Origin: Antedon mediterranea
Taxonomy: Eukaryota > Animalia > Echinodermata
Length of the DNA stretch: 64,000 nucleotides
Reading direction: 5' to 3'
Assembly: GCF_964355755.1 (NCBI RefSeq)
Contig: NC_092675.1
Span: 20,060,912 to 20,124,911 of the forward strand
The first letter of the stretch is position 1; each line of letters opens with the position of its first letter. Shown here in pieces: positions 61,987-64,000 of the stretch. Position numbers and translations under genes: made by a program. The notes under the pieces were generated by a model, which searched no databases, was not told where the DNA came from, and worked only from the letters and a program-made list of their open reading frames with translations.

Positions 61987-63860
61987 GCTCAACATGGTTT
62001 CGTCGTGCCAAGACGATCAACTATTAGGCCTACTCAAGTCTCCCAACTTTACCATCACCTAGCTTCTAATCTTGATAAACGTAATTCTCCTAAAACCAAT
62101 GTTATATTTCTGGATTGGTCCAAGGCCTTTGATAAGATTTCTCATACTCTTCTTCTTCAAAAACTTCACAACTATGGTTTCTGTGGCACTACACTTAATT
62201 GGATTTCTTCTTACTTAATTGGTCGGTCACAGAGAGTGCTTTTTAATGGTTCTTCCTCCAAGTAACATCTGGGTTCGACGGGGATCTCTACTAGGCCCTC
62301 TGTTATTTAATATTTTTGTTTCGGATCTTCCCTCTACTCTTTAATCTAATATTCTCCAATGCTGATGACACTGTTGTCTTATTCAATCTAACTCTGATTT
62401 CCTTATCCTACAATCTGATCTTGACAATATTCTTTCTTGGTCCAACGTAAATAAAATGTCACTTAACATCAATAAATGTAAAGCTATGCACGTTTCTCGC
62501 TCTCGAAATCTCACTCTCTACCCTTATACTCTTAATGATATCCGTATATCTCTAAAAGTTGTGTTAGACCGAATATAAATATGTATATTGACACCAAAAG
62601 CAAATCTGTACGACAAGTGGTTGTCGAGATATAAGAACCACACATTATTAACCTTTGACCCCGGTTTTGGGCATGTTCGCCCCGGATAGCGAATTTGGCA
62701 CATATCCCATGTTGTTCCTTGGGGTCAAATTATCCTATAACAGTTGAGATATTCTCTCCTAATTAAATGCATACAAATCTGACCCAGGTCCTAGACTACT
62801 TCTGCCTCCAGGACTTTGATTTATCCGTCGTACTGTTGGTACCAATGACTCTCATTCTCTTCTTCTATTTTACAAATCCTTGTGTCGTCCGATTCTGGAA
62901 TATGGTGCTCCTGTGTGGTTTCCACATTTGGCTTCCCATCCTTATCTCCTTGAAAACCTCAACGCATTCTTACAAGATACTTTTTTCAGTGTAAACACTT
63001 TGAACGTCCTACCTACGCGAAAGATTAGCTCTCCTTCATCTTCCTTCTTTGACTTCTCGGATTGATTTCCAAACTATTATCTTTGTTGTCAAATATTTAT
63101 ATTAAAGATGTATTGTCCCTTGAAACACAAAAAAATGAACGTCAAAATATTCTAAATTTAAATTGGCCATATATTAAAGTTATTCACCTTAAGTTGAAAA
63201 TTCGAGCCAAAAACAACAATTTTACGTAATTAACAGCTAAATTAATTTGATTACATTTCATCGGGATAATCGTCCGGAGCGAAAGTAAACAAAGATTTCA
63301 AACCACGAGTATACATTATGCATGATGCTAATTAGGATTGTTTACAACTCGTCACGGATGAGAATGTGTTTTCACACAGATCGCGAGGAAGTTTTATGAT
63401 TATGCATAGGCCTACAGAGTAGCCAAATAAGCGCGTTGCATTATGAGATATGTTTTGATAGAAAACATTGACTGGAAGTCAAAGTTATTTTTTTAACCAA
63501 AAAACGTCTGTATTTCAGTTAAATGATTTCTTTTTCAACTCATTTCTGGTGAAAATTAATAACTGCGATACTTCAAAATGACCAGACACACTTTTTTTCG
63601 ATTTTTTTTTTTTTTTTTTTTTTTTTTGGAATTTGACAAAGGGACAATACATCTTTAATTATTGATCTCGATGTTTCTTCATTTTTTTCTCCTATTTCTC
63701 GTCACAAATTTGATCTTCTATTCAGGCCACCATTTGCTCGAATTGTCTGTTTTCAATCTTCACTTTTCCTAGATTCTTTAAACTTTGGAATGGTCTTCCC
63801 TCAGATTTAAGTGAGCTTGCTCTCCTTGTATTGGCTGAGGTTTCAAGAATTCGATACTAG
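61987..63860 (+). mobile_element. Decayed, 5'-truncated CR1/L2-group LINE reverse transcriptase, interrupted by later insertions
   Basis: QHGF, FLDWSKAFDKISH, LNWISSYLIGRSQRV, GSLLGPLLFNIFV, ADDT, LQSDLDNILSWS, RPILEYGAPVW, with stops and frameshifts. Confidence 0.9.
63106..63654. mobile_element. TTAA-flanked element (Kolobok-like) inserted in the LINE
   Basis: TTAA|AGATGTATTGTCCCTT...AAGGGACAATACATCT|TTAA; same TIR as 48450-48760. Confidence 0.85.
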
Positions 63861-64000
63861 TCTTCGCCAACACTATGTATTTTGATTTTACCTGGTCCCT
63901 GCTGCATTTTTTTTCCATAACGTCTTAGATTTTAATTAATTTTTTTTTCATCATTTATATTATACTTATATTATATTTTATTTCTGTTAAAGGAAAATCT

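Overview
AT-rich, intron-rich eukaryotic DNA from an invertebrate animal (possibly a deuterostome; taxon is inference only). Six spliced protein-coding genes were reconstructed by hand from splice sites and reading-frame continuity: a P4HTM-like prolyl 4-hydroxylase (+, 5' exon not found), SPATA1 (+), CIMAP2/LEXM (+), DMAP1 (-), OMA1 (+, head-to-head with DMAP1) and AEBP2/jing (-). Protein identities rest on my recollection of the vertebrate homologues, not on database searches. Introns and intergenic DNA carry many non-autonomous DNA transposons: about 12 copies of one Harbinger-like MITE, a 4.3-kb Sola2-like element with a 4-bp TSD, a Merlin-like element nested in another MITE, and TTAA elements. 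There is also a decayed CR1/L2-group LINE and several tandem repeats. The most unusual signals are an orphan CDC40/PRP17 WD40 exon lying antisense in the last DMAP1 intron, a Gypsy integrase fragment inside a MITE, a GC-AG intron in DMAP1, a frame-preserving basic cassette exon and an intronic RFX X-box cluster in SPATA1, and a uORF overlapping the AEBP2 start codon. I see no convincing new multi-gene system; these are leads, not discoveries.
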